DNA of 48,780 bases from a virus (IMGVR_UViG_3300037760_000080:1-48780); one strand, 5' to 3'. Shown: positions 36,992-45,044, numbered from the stretch's first letter. Translations and numbers: made by a program. The notes: generated by a model from the letters alone, not told the origin.

Positions 36992-37408
36992 GGCAGTCAT
37001 GGTCCGGCCCGGCGCGTCTCGGAAGCGCAGGGTGAGTCAGGGTTCGGCAGGCGGGGCCAGTCTCGGCGCGACACGTCAGGTCTCGTCTCGGCTAGGTTCG
37101 GCACGGCAGTCAGGGCTAGGCCGAGTTCGTCAGGTTGCGGCGTTGCATGGCACGGCAGGTCGCGGCAGGCATGGCCAGGCTCGTCGTGTTGCGGCATCGC
37201 AAGGCCAGGCAGGCTGGGCAGGGCCAGGTATGTCGTGGTGTGACCCGTTGGGGCATGTCTCGTTCAGGCTAGGCACGGCATGGCAGGCGAGGTCAGTCTC
37301 GGCATGTCTAGGCGCGTTAGTGCGCGTCCAGGCCCGGCTGGGTTCGGCAGGCGGGGTGCGTCAAGGCGCGTTTAGTTACGGCTTGGCCCGCCGCGTCGTG
37401 GCAGGTGT
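36992..37408 (+). ncRNA. pentamer array 2 (putative guide RNAs, 7 units)
   Basis: Delimiters at 36992, 37046, 37105, 37164, 37208, 37282, 37346, 37400; unit lengths 54, 59, 59, 44, 74, 64, 54 (all 9+5n); 60 of 69 pentamers begin G(G/T)(C/T). Confidence 0.85.
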
Positions 37409-37411
37409 GTC

Positions 37412-37825
37412 ATGAGCCTGCGCGATCAACTGCAGAAGGTCTACGACGAGCACGGCATGTTGACGCCCAAGCTCGTCGTAGACCTCGCCCGCGACCCAGA
37501 CCACGAGCTGCACTCCCGCTTCGAGTGGGACGACTCCGTCGCCGCCGAGAAGTACCGGCAGGAACAAGCCCGCGACCTGATCCGCAAAGTCCGCGTGGTC
37601 TACCGCGAAGGCGACGAGAAGAACCCGCCGCAAACCATCCGCGCCTACCACTCCGTGCCGGACGGCGACGGCTACGCCTACCGCTCCACGGACGAGGTCG
37701 TCCACGACCCGCTCCTGACCAAGATGCTGCTCGCCCAAATGGAGCGCGACTGGAAAGACCTGCACCGCCGCTGGGCACACATGGGCGAGTTCATCGAGAT
37801 GGTGCGGAAGGACGTGGCGGCATGA
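37412..37825 (+). CDS. conserved phage protein, putative accessory subunit of the RAMP/array system
   Basis: GMLTPKLVVDLARDPDHELHSRFEWDDSVAAEKYRQEQARDLIR; flanked by arrays on both sides. Confidence 0.75.
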   Translation: MSLRDQLQKVYDEHGMLTPKLVVDLARDPDHELHSRFEWDDSVAAEKYRQEQARDLIRKVRVVYREGDEKNPPQTIRAYHSVPDGDGYAYRSTDEVVHDPLLTKMLLAQMERDWKDLHRRWAHMGEFIEMVRKDVAA

Positions 37826-37828
37826 CAT

Positions 37829-37904
37829 GGCAGTTGGGGCTTGGCGGGGCTGGTCGGGGTGTGACTCGGCTCGGCATGGCGGGGCTTGTCTCGGCGGACA
37901 AGCC
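37829..37904 (+). ncRNA. pentamer array 3 (1 unit plus hairpin)
   Basis: GGCAGTTGG followed by 11 in-phase pentamers; hairpin GGCTTGTC-TCGGCG-GACAAGCC at 37883-37904. Confidence 0.7.
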
Positions 37905-38012
37905 CAAGCCATCAAAGCCGATCAACGACGAGCCGGTGAAGAACCCACCCGTGCCGCTGCGGCCACTACCCCGGCCGCCGGCACCGCCGCAGAAACCAGG
38001 AGGCAAGCAGAT

Positions 38013-38162
38013 ATGACCGGCCCACCCGGCCCGCGTGACGCCGTGAGCCCCGAGCATCTGGCCGCCGCCCGCGCAGACGTGAATCCGCAGGCCAAACGCC
38101 AACTCAAGTACAAGATCAAGACCAAGCAGGCCGAGGCCAAGGGAACGAAGAAGCAGAAGTAA
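38013..38162 (+). CDS. small basic protein
   Basis: AGGAGG RBS; Lys-rich, 49 aa. Confidence 0.6.
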   Translation: MTGPPGPRDAVSPEHLAAARADVNPQAKRQLKYKIKTKQAEAKGTKKQK

Positions 38163-38176
38163 CGAAGGGGGGCACC

Positions 38177-38428
38177 ATGCCGCGCCAAGCGCTACTGGCC
38201 GCATTCACCGACTACGCAGCCCACATCCACGCCGACCAGTCGTGGACCACGCCGGAGCATCACGGCGCGCACCTGGCGCGCATGGTCGACGCGTACATCG
38301 TCGACACCGACCTGTACCGCGAACTGGCAGCGGTGCGGGCGGCGGCCAACCGCGAACGCGAAGGGTTCCTGTTCGAGATCGCGACACTGCGGGCACGGCT
38401 CGCCGCGCGGGAAGGGGTGACGGTGTGA
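38177..38428 (+). CDS. hypothetical protein
   Basis: RBS present; coupled ORF. Confidence 0.6.
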   Translation: MPRQALLAAFTDYAAHIHADQSWTTPEHHGAHLARMVDAYIVDTDLYRELAAVRAAANREREGFLFEIATLRARLAAREGVTV

Positions 38429-38754
38429 GTCGACGTCGCTGGGACTTCCAGATTCTGCTCCATTCGTGGCCGCTGCAACTCGGCTTCCACATCGACCACA
38501 CCGACCCGTCAATCACGCTGCATCTGCCGTGGCTGATTGTGGCTGCCGGTCGGCTCAAGCAACCCGGTTTCCGCGACCAAATCCTGGCCGAACGCGACGC
38601 CCTGCGGCGGCAACTGGACGAAGTGCAGGCGCTGGCTGATGAGTGGGCGGAAATCGGCGCACATAACGCCGCATACAGGGTGGCCACATATGAGTTGCTT
38701 TGCATCCTCGACGCCTCTGTCCGGCCCGCCATCGCCACGGGAGACCCGTCATGA
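38425..38754 (+). CDS. hypothetical protein
   Basis: GTGA/ATGA coupling with neighbours. Confidence 0.55.
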   Translation: MSRRRWDFQILLHSWPLQLGFHIDHTDPSITLHLPWLIVAAGRLKQPGFRDQILAERDALRRQLDEVQALADEWAEIGAHNAAYRVATYELLCILDASVRPAIATGDPS

Positions 38755-38888
38755 CCGCCGCCCGTGTCGTCGCCTGGCTCGCCGTCGCCGCCGGGCTACT
38801 GCTGATGATCGCCGTCGGCGCCTCGCTGGCGATGCAGCCACGCGGCAGACCGTTTGGGGAGCCCTACGACGTGTTCGAGGAGGAGTGA
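38751..38888 (+). CDS. small membrane protein
   Basis: Single TM; coupled ORF. Confidence 0.55.
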   Translation: MTAARVVAWLAVAAGLLLMIAVGASLAMQPRGRPFGEPYDVFEEE

Positions 38889-39466
38889 TGGCTGAGTCCC
38901 GCGAGATACCTCTCACCAGAGGATTGGTGGCCGTCGTTGACGCTGCGGACTATGACGATCTAGCACAGTTCAAATGGCATGTAGCCGCCAATGATACGTC
39001 TGGTCCCTATGCCGTCCGCAGCACCAAGTCTCAGGGGAAGCGGGCGAAGGAACGCATGCATCGGCGGCTGCTACCTGCTGCATTGATTGTCGATCACATC
39101 AACGGTAACGGTCTGGACAATCGGCGGAGCAATCTTCGCGAGGCGACAACGGCGGAGAACATGAGGAACAGATCCGGCCTGGCCATTGACAACACATCTG
39201 GCTATCGCGGCGTGCACTGGCGCAAGGACCGTCAGAAGTGGCGGGCGTGGATTTGTGTCGATCACCGAGGCAGGCATCTCGGCCTATTCGGTACAGCCGA
39301 AGAAGCTGCCTACGCCTTTGACGATGCAGCGCTGAAACTGTTCGGCGACTACATCGGATACCTGAACTTTCCCGAGCGCGCTAATCCCATCTGTGCCACC
39401 GGGCGGCCAGGCCATGACGCGCCCAGCTCTGCCAGCCGCCCGGTCACGACGCCGCTGCCGGGTTGA
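38888..39466 (+). CDS. HNH-AP2 endonuclease
   Basis: IPLTRGLVAVVD, VDHINGNGLDNRRSNLR, NTSGYRGV...KWRAWI...HLGLFGTAEEAAYAFD. Confidence 0.92.
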   Translation: MAESREIPLTRGLVAVVDAADYDDLAQFKWHVAANDTSGPYAVRSTKSQGKRAKERMHRRLLPAALIVDHINGNGLDNRRSNLREATTAENMRNRSGLAIDNTSGYRGVHWRKDRQKWRAWICVDHRGRHLGLFGTAEEAAYAFDDAALKLFGDYIGYLNFPERANPICATGRPGHDAPSSASRPVTTPLPG

Positions 39467-39591
39467 GCCGGAGCCCCCAGAACGACACCCGGCTCCCCGG
39501 TAGCGGTCACGACAACTGAACAGCAAGCAGCGACCAGGCCAAGCCTTCCCCGTGCCCGACCTGATCGCTACCTACGACAAGGAGTCTAACC

Positions 39592-39843
39592 ATGACCGAC
39601 CACACCGGGAACGTCGCCGACATCTACGACCTCCGCGCCCACGAGGAAGCCGGGCACGTACTGATTGAACTTCCCTACGACCCGGACCTGGGCGACAACG
39701 AGTGGCGCTGTGAACAGTGCAATCGCAGCGTTGGCGTGCCCGGTTGGAAGCCACAGTCGTTCGCCGAGCACAGCGCACAGGTCCAGGTGCGAGTGCTGGA
39801 CGCCAACCTAATCCACGACCACGTGGAGGCCAGCGATGAGTGA
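39592..39843 (+). CDS. hypothetical protein
   Basis: AAGGAG RBS. Confidence 0.6.
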   Translation: MTDHTGNVADIYDLRAHEEAGHVLIELPYDPDLGDNEWRCEQCNRSVGVPGWKPQSFAEHSAQVQVRVLDANLIHDHVEASDE

Positions 39844-40117
39844 GCCGAACATGTTCGACCAGGTCGCCCAAGCGATGGCCGATATGCAGGCGGACCACGA
39901 CCGGGTGATGGCTGAGGTGGTTGCCGAGCGGGGTCGCCTGCGCGCCGCCGTGGACGCCGCGCTCGCGCTGCACGCTACACATGCCTGCGGCAAGGGCTGC
40001 GCCAACGACGGCAAACGATGCCAGGCGTGCTGGGAAGAAGCGCCCTGCGCCACCGTCCGCGCCCTGGCCCCGGTGGCCGACCCCGACCCGCACACCACCA
40101 GCGAGAAGGAGCAGTGA
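39836..40117 (+). CDS. hypothetical Zn-binding protein
   Basis: ALALH...CQACWEEAPCATVRAL. Confidence 0.65.
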   Translation: MSEPNMFDQVAQAMADMQADHDRVMAEVVAERGRLRAAVDAALALHATHACGKGCANDGKRCQACWEEAPCATVRALAPVADPDPHTTSEKEQ

Positions 40118-40118
40118 C

Positions 40119-40373
40119 ATGGGCCGCTACCAACTGACCTACGGCGAAGTCGCCGACGCGCTGAGCGAGCTCGGCCAGGCCGTCAAGGTGACCCGCCGCG
40201 TCCGTGATCTGTCCTTACGCGAAGTAGCACGTCAATCAGGAGTGCCGTTCACGATGGTCGCGCGCATTGAGAGCGGCTTAGGGTGCCAGGTCGCAACAGC
40301 GATCAAGCTCTGCCGCTGGCTGGACGCGCCCAAGTCCCGGCCATTGATTGCTGTCGAGAAGGAGACCCTATGA
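40119..40373 (+). CDS. XRE-family HTH protein
   Basis: LSLREVARQSGVPFTMVARIESG. Confidence 0.8.
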   Translation: MGRYQLTYGEVADALSELGQAVKVTRRVRDLSLREVARQSGVPFTMVARIESGLGCQVATAIKLCRWLDAPKSRPLIAVEKETL

Positions 40374-41017
40374 CCGCCGACATCTTGATCCGTGAGGACA
40401 CCGGTTCGTTCGCCGCCGTGCGGCCCGTCGACGAGGAGCCGTTCACCCGCTCCTACACGGCCATGATCGCCGACATCAACCGCGAGGCTGCGGCCACCAT
40501 CGACCGCGTCGTACACAATGTCAAGCGCCGCATGTGGCGGGACCTGGACATCATCAAGGCCGACGCCCTGGCGGGGGCGCGGCTGCCGGAGCAGTGGCCC
40601 ACGGCGGACGATCTGGCCGATCACCTCGGCGTGGACCTGCTCATCGAGAACCGCTGGAACCCGGACGAGCGCAGCGGGCAGCTGATCGCCGACGTGAACG
40701 CCGAATTGAGGCGGATCTGGCCGCCCGTGCAGTCCGAGTCAGTGAAGTGGGCTGAACTGCCGCCTGAGCCGACAGCCGAACTGGCACCGGAAGCACTGGA
40801 CCGCGAGTACACCCTGAACAACATGGTGGCCCTGTCACGGCGCGGCTGGACACCCACCCGGCCCGCGATCGTCGTTGACATACCCGCGCCGGATCTGGTG
40901 CAGACCGGGCCGCAGGGCAGGTTCGCCCGCTGGTTCGACGGGCAGCTGCAGCGCGCCGAGCGGTGGTGGCGCGGCAAGCAGGCCGCACGGGATCGACGCA
41001 TGGGACTGGAGGACTGA
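40370..41017 (+). CDS. hypothetical protein
   Basis: AAGGAG RBS; ATGA overlap. Confidence 0.6.
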   Translation: MTADILIREDTGSFAAVRPVDEEPFTRSYTAMIADINREAAATIDRVVHNVKRRMWRDLDIIKADALAGARLPEQWPTADDLADHLGVDLLIENRWNPDERSGQLIADVNAELRRIWPPVQSESVKWAELPPEPTAELAPEALDREYTLNNMVALSRRGWTPTRPAIVVDIPAPDLVQTGPQGRFARWFDGQLQRAERWWRGKQAARDRRMGLED

Positions 41018-41018
41018 G

Positions 41019-41186
41019 ATGGCCTTATTAGCAGGTGGCTACGGCTCCTACCAGGAGTACCTGGGCGAAGAGAACCAGCGCAAGCTCTGGGCACTCGACG
41101 AGCGGATCGCTCACCTTGAAGCCCGCATCGAACAGCTGGAAGCCAAACTCGGCGATGAAGCCGGGCACGACGAGACGGGGCAGTGA
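41019..41186 (+). CDS. small coiled-coil protein
   Basis: GGAGG RBS; RIAHLEARIEQLEAKL. Confidence 0.55.
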   Translation: MALLAGGYGSYQEYLGEENQRKLWALDERIAHLEARIEQLEAKLGDEAGHDETGQ

Positions 41187-41530
41187 TGGACACCGTCGAA
41201 CGGGCCGCGCAGGTGCTCATCGAGCACACCCGTACCCGCATCGAGGACTGTCACTGCGGCTGGGGCGTCAACACCGGCGCGCTCGGGCAATCACACGCGT
41301 TACATGTGGCCCACGCGCTTGCCGATGCGGGGCTGCTCGCCATCCGGGGGAAGCCCGTCAGCCTGGATCAGCTCGCCCCCGGCGACCGCATCTGGCTCGA
41401 CGGGGCGTGGCGGACAGTGGTCACGACCGCGATCGACGGGGACGAGTTGCATGTGTTCACCGGGGCAGGCGAGCACACGATCGACTTTCACGCCCCGGCC
41501 GCGCTGCTCGTCAGGCGGGCCGAGACGTGA
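41186..41530 (+). CDS. hypothetical protein
   Basis: Coupled ORF. Confidence 0.6.
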   Translation: MDTVERAAQVLIEHTRTRIEDCHCGWGVNTGALGQSHALHVAHALADAGLLAIRGKPVSLDQLAPGDRIWLDGAWRTVVTTAIDGDELHVFTGAGEHTIDFHAPAALLVRRAET

Positions 41531-41697
41531 GCACCGCCGCCAGCATCGTTCCCGGACTGATCGGGTTCGCCGTCCTCGTCGCTCTGTTGCTCATCGCGCC
41601 CTGGGTACGGCGCCGCAACTGGGTGCGGTTCGCGCGGCGCAACTGGCGGCGCGGCGGGTCGAGCGAGCAGCACGGCATGGACAGGGGGGACAAGTGA
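41527..41697 (+). CDS. small membrane protein
   Basis: TM followed by an Arg-rich tail. Confidence 0.5.
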   Translation: MSTAASIVPGLIGFAVLVALLLIAPWVRRRNWVRFARRNWRRGGSSEQHGMDRGDK

Positions 41698-42362
41698 GCG
41701 ATATTCACAGAGGCCTTGACTTGATTGCGCTGCTCTGCGCCGATACTGCATCGGCAAGCATTCTGGTCATCGACGGGGAACCCAAGAGCAAGGCTCGACC
41801 TCGACTAGGCAAGCGTGGTGCGATCTATACTCCGTCAAAGCCATTCGAGGATGCGGTGGCATGGAAGATCAAAGCGGCCAACATTCCCCATAGGGCGGGT
41901 TCGATAGCACTGGGTGCAGTCTTCTATAGGCCGAACTTCCAACGCATCGATGTCGACAACATGCTCAAATTGGTGCTTGACGCTGGCACAACGGCGAGCC
42001 TCTGGGACGACGACAGCCAAGTTACGGCACTCATGGGCGTGATCGAGCACGATGCTCAACGCCCGAGAACCATCTTGGCGATAGGTGACCACACAACCAG
42101 CTTCGTCCGCCCCATCACTGAATGTCCTAAATGCGGAACGACATTTCCGCTCTACAACAGCAGCGGCAACAAACGAGTTTACTGCTCAAACGCTTGCCGG
42201 TATTCAGCGATCCGGCTCGAGAAAGCCAAGATCGGCCAAGGTCGCGGACCGAAGCGTCAGCCGCCCGCGACATGCGCCGACTGTGGCAAAGAACTGGCCA
42301 AGAGGACATTCGTTCGCTGCCGGGAATGCTGGCGTATCGCTAGGAAGCAGCAAATCTCATGA
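41694..42362 (+). CDS. rusA: RusA-family Holliday junction resolvase with C-terminal Zn fingers
   Basis: GEPKSKARPR, RIDVDNMLKLVLDA, WDDDSQV; CPKC, YCSNAC, CADC, CREC. Confidence 0.88.
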   Translation: MSDIHRGLDLIALLCADTASASILVIDGEPKSKARPRLGKRGAIYTPSKPFEDAVAWKIKAANIPHRAGSIALGAVFYRPNFQRIDVDNMLKLVLDAGTTASLWDDDSQVTALMGVIEHDAQRPRTILAIGDHTTSFVRPITECPKCGTTFPLYNSSGNKRVYCSNACRYSAIRLEKAKIGQGRGPKRQPPATCADCGKELAKRTFVRCRECWRIARKQQIS

Positions 42363-42390
42363 ACGCCCTGATCATCGTGAGCGAGGCGCT

Positions 42391-42639
42391 ATGAGTTACC
42401 GCTCCCTCGCCTGGACCGAACACGCCCTGTGCCGCCAGGTCGGCTCCGAACCGTTCTTCGTCGACGACGGGGCCAGCGTCGCCCCGGCTCGCCGGATCTG
42501 CGCCCGCTGCCCCGTCACCGAGCCCTGCCTGAACTATGCGCTGATCACCATGACCAGCGCCACCGACGTCGGCGGGGTGTACGGCGGCACCACCTACACC
42601 CAGCGGCGCGAGTTGCGCGCGAAGGGCGGGGCGGCATGA
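42391..42639 (+). CDS. whiB: WhiB-family transcription factor
   Basis: WTEHALC...ARRICARCPVTEPC...GVYGGTT..QR. Confidence 0.92.
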   Translation: MSYRSLAWTEHALCRQVGSEPFFVDDGASVAPARRICARCPVTEPCLNYALITMTSATDVGGVYGGTTYTQRRELRAKGGAA

Positions 42640-43181
42640 GCGTATTCGCCGAGCTGAGCCCGCCGTACGGGACCATCGTCGCCGACCCGCCGTGGGCACT
42701 GGAATGGCACGCCAACATCGGGACCGGGCGCTCTGGACGCGACGGCCTGCCGTACTCGACCATGACGGTCGACGAGATCGCCGCAATGCCAGTCGTCGAC
42801 CTCGCCGCGCCCAATGCGCACCTGTACCTCTGGACAACTCACGGATTCCTGTGGGAATCACGACGGGTCGCCGAAGCGTGGGGATTCCAGTTCACCTATC
42901 TCCTGACATGGGCCAAGAACGGCTTCGGGATGGGCGGGCGGTTCCGCCATAGCTGCGAATACATCCTGTTCTGCGAACGCGGTACAAGACTGCCAGTCAC
43001 CCGCCGCGACGTCGGGACGTGGTTCAACTGGCCGAAGTCTGAACACTCAGCCAAGCCCGCCGCGTTCCTACACCTGGTTGAGCAGGTCTCACCCGGCCCA
43101 TACGTCGAACTGTTCTCACGCAACCCGCACCTCGGGTGGGACTCATGGGGCTACGGCTACGAGTTGGCAGGCGCGTCATGA
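42636..43181 (+). CDS. MT-A70-family adenine methyltransferase
   Basis: IVADPPW, AHLYLWTT, AWGF, EHSAKP, VELFSR, GWDSWG. Confidence 0.92.
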   Translation: MSVFAELSPPYGTIVADPPWALEWHANIGTGRSGRDGLPYSTMTVDEIAAMPVVDLAAPNAHLYLWTTHGFLWESRRVAEAWGFQFTYLLTWAKNGFGMGGRFRHSCEYILFCERGTRLPVTRRDVGTWFNWPKSEHSAKPAAFLHLVEQVSPGPYVELFSRNPHLGWDSWGYGYELAGAS

Positions 43182-43471
43182 CCACCGTCACCCTGGCCGA
43201 CCTCGCCAACGACGCAGTCCGCTGGGACGGCGCCGCCTGCATCGGACACGACGCCGAGCTCTGGTTCCACGACGCCGAAACCAACCGCGACGCCAAGACC
43301 TGGACCGCCAAAGCCAAGACCATCTGCGGCAGCTGCGACCTCATCAAGCTCTGCCGCGACTGGGCCATCGAACAACGCATCCCGTTCGGGGTGTACGGCG
43401 GCATGAGCGCCAAGGAACGCGAGAAGCGGCGCCGGCAGATACGGGAACAACAGAACAGGAGCCGAACGTAG
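43178..43471 (+). CDS. whiB: second WhiB-family transcription factor
   Basis: AACIGHDAELWF...AKTICGSCDLIKLC...GVYGGMSAKER. Confidence 0.92.
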   Translation: MTTVTLADLANDAVRWDGAACIGHDAELWFHDAETNRDAKTWTAKAKTICGSCDLIKLCRDWAIEQRIPFGVYGGMSAKEREKRRRQIREQQNRSRT

Positions 43472-44286
43472 TGATAAAGCGCGTCGACAGAGGCAAAAAC
43501 CACTGGTACATCGACACCGACACCGACCAACGAGTCCCAGGCGTCACCAGCTTCACCGACAAAGGAATCCCCAAACCCGCCCTCATCAACTGGGCAGGCA
43601 GCGCCACCGCCGAATACGCCGTCGACCACTGGGACGAACTATCAGAACTCAGCCCGTCAGTTCGGCTCAAGACCCTCCAAGGCGCCCGCTACGCAGCCAA
43701 GGACGCCGCCGCCAACAAGGGCACCAAGGTCCACGACCTGGCACAGCGGCTCGTTCACGGCGACCAAGTCACCGTCCCCGACGAACTCACCGGACACGTC
43801 GAATCGTACGTGCGATTCCTCGACGAGTTCGACGTCCGCCCCATCCTCGTCGAGCAGACCATCCACAACGCCGCGCACAACTACTGCGGCACCTTCGACC
43901 TGATCGCCGACCTACTCGACCCGGACGATCCCGAACCGGACCCAGAGCAACGGCGCCGACTGACCTGGCTACTGGACATCAAGACCAACCGCACCGGCAT
44001 CTACGGCGAGACCGCCTTGCAGGTCGCCGCCTACCGGTACGCCGAATCCTGGATCGACGAGGACGGCGAAGAGCACGACATGCCCGAGGTCGACATGGCC
44101 GGTGCTGTGTGGGTCCGCCCCGACGGGTACGACCTCGTGCCACTCGAGGTGGACGAAGTCCAGTTGCGCTACTTCCTCTACGTACAGCAGATCGCCGAGT
44201 TCATGGAAATCTCCCGCGATCTCGTAGGCGAACCGATCCGCAGTCCATACGAGAGCACTTACCGACTCGCCCGGGAGGGCGCATGA
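43471..44286 (+). CDS. PD-(D/E)XK exonuclease (RecE/Cas4-like)
   Basis: VPGVT, GTKVH, VEQ, YCGTFDL, LLDIKT, LQVAAY. Confidence 0.88.
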   Translation: MIKRVDRGKNHWYIDTDTDQRVPGVTSFTDKGIPKPALINWAGSATAEYAVDHWDELSELSPSVRLKTLQGARYAAKDAAANKGTKVHDLAQRLVHGDQVTVPDELTGHVESYVRFLDEFDVRPILVEQTIHNAAHNYCGTFDLIADLLDPDDPEPDPEQRRRLTWLLDIKTNRTGIYGETALQVAAYRYAESWIDEDGEEHDMPEVDMAGAVWVRPDGYDLVPLEVDEVQLRYFLYVQQIAEFMEISRDLVGEPIRSPYESTYRLAREGA

Positions 44287-45044
44287 GTGAGAAACCAACC
44301 AATCTGGCCTCCGCCCTCGCGGTGCTGCAGACGAAACTGCCAGAGATCAAGAAGACTGAACGCGCCGACGTGACGACCACCAAGGGCAGCTACTCGTACA
44401 CGTACGCCGGACTGGCCGGCATCAGCGCACAGATAATGCCCATGCTCGGCGAGCTCGGCCTGTCGTTCATCGCCACCCCGAAGTTCTCCGGTGACCGGTT
44501 CGTGCTTGCCTGCTCGCTGCTGCACACCTCCGGCGACCGCGAAGACGGCGAGTACCCGCTGCCGTCGACCGGCACCCCCCAGGCGCTCGGCTCGGCCATC
44601 ACGTACGGCCGCCGCTACACGCTGTGCGCCATGACCGGGGTTGCACCCGAGGACGACGACGACGGCGCCACCGCAGAGGCCGAGGCGCAGGCCAGCAGGG
44701 GAACCGCTCAACGTAGCACCCGCCCCCGACAGAGTCGGCCGCAGCAGTCAATTGACGAAGTGCGGACGGCTCAGCGGACACAACGAGCAGCGACCCCGCC
44801 GCCGCTACCCGGCGAAGAGGACAGGGTCACCGACAAGCAACTCGGGCTCATCGGAACGCTCATGACCAAGGCCGAAATCACCGACCGAGACCAACGCCTG
44901 CGGTGGGTCAGCGACGTCATCGGCCGCGAGGTCGAGTCGAGCAAGAAGCTCACCAAGGCCGAGGCGTCAAAGGTTATCGATGAGCTGCAGAAGGAAGTCG
45001 AGCCGGACGACAACCCCGGCTTCTCAGGAGGTGACCAGCCGTGA
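44283..45044 (+). CDS. erf: ERF-family ssDNA annealing protein
   Basis: YSYTYAGL; PQALGSAITYGRRYTLCAMTGVAPEDDDDG. Confidence 0.92.
   Translation: MSEKPTNLASALAVLQTKLPEIKKTERADVTTTKGSYSYTYAGLAGISAQIMPMLGELGLSFIATPKFSGDRFVLACSLLHTSGDREDGEYPLPSTGTPQALGSAITYGRRYTLCAMTGVAPEDDDDGATAEAEAQASRGTAQRSTRPRQSRPQQSIDEVRTAQRTQRAATPPPLPGEEDRVTDKQLGLIGTLMTKAEITDRDQRLRWVSDVIGREVESSKKLTKAEASKVIDELQKEVEPDDNPGFSGGDQP

Noticed and set aside
36175-37163. Self-matches of other decoded units (QRVP in the exonuclease, DELVA in the capsid, ALDQYL in the connector)
   Set aside because: Each matches 5 or fewer of 9-11 dinucleotides, which is expected by chance in 49 kb.
36126-37897. Canonical CRISPR array or simple microsatellite
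   Set aside because: There are no 23-47 bp identical repeats with spacers. The NN positions vary freely and the phase resets at a fixed delimiter, unlike slippage repeats.
43471-44286. Cas4 acting as adaptation module for the arrays
   Set aside because: It is paired with ERF as a standard recombination module 5.5 kb away, and no Fe-S cysteine cluster is visible.
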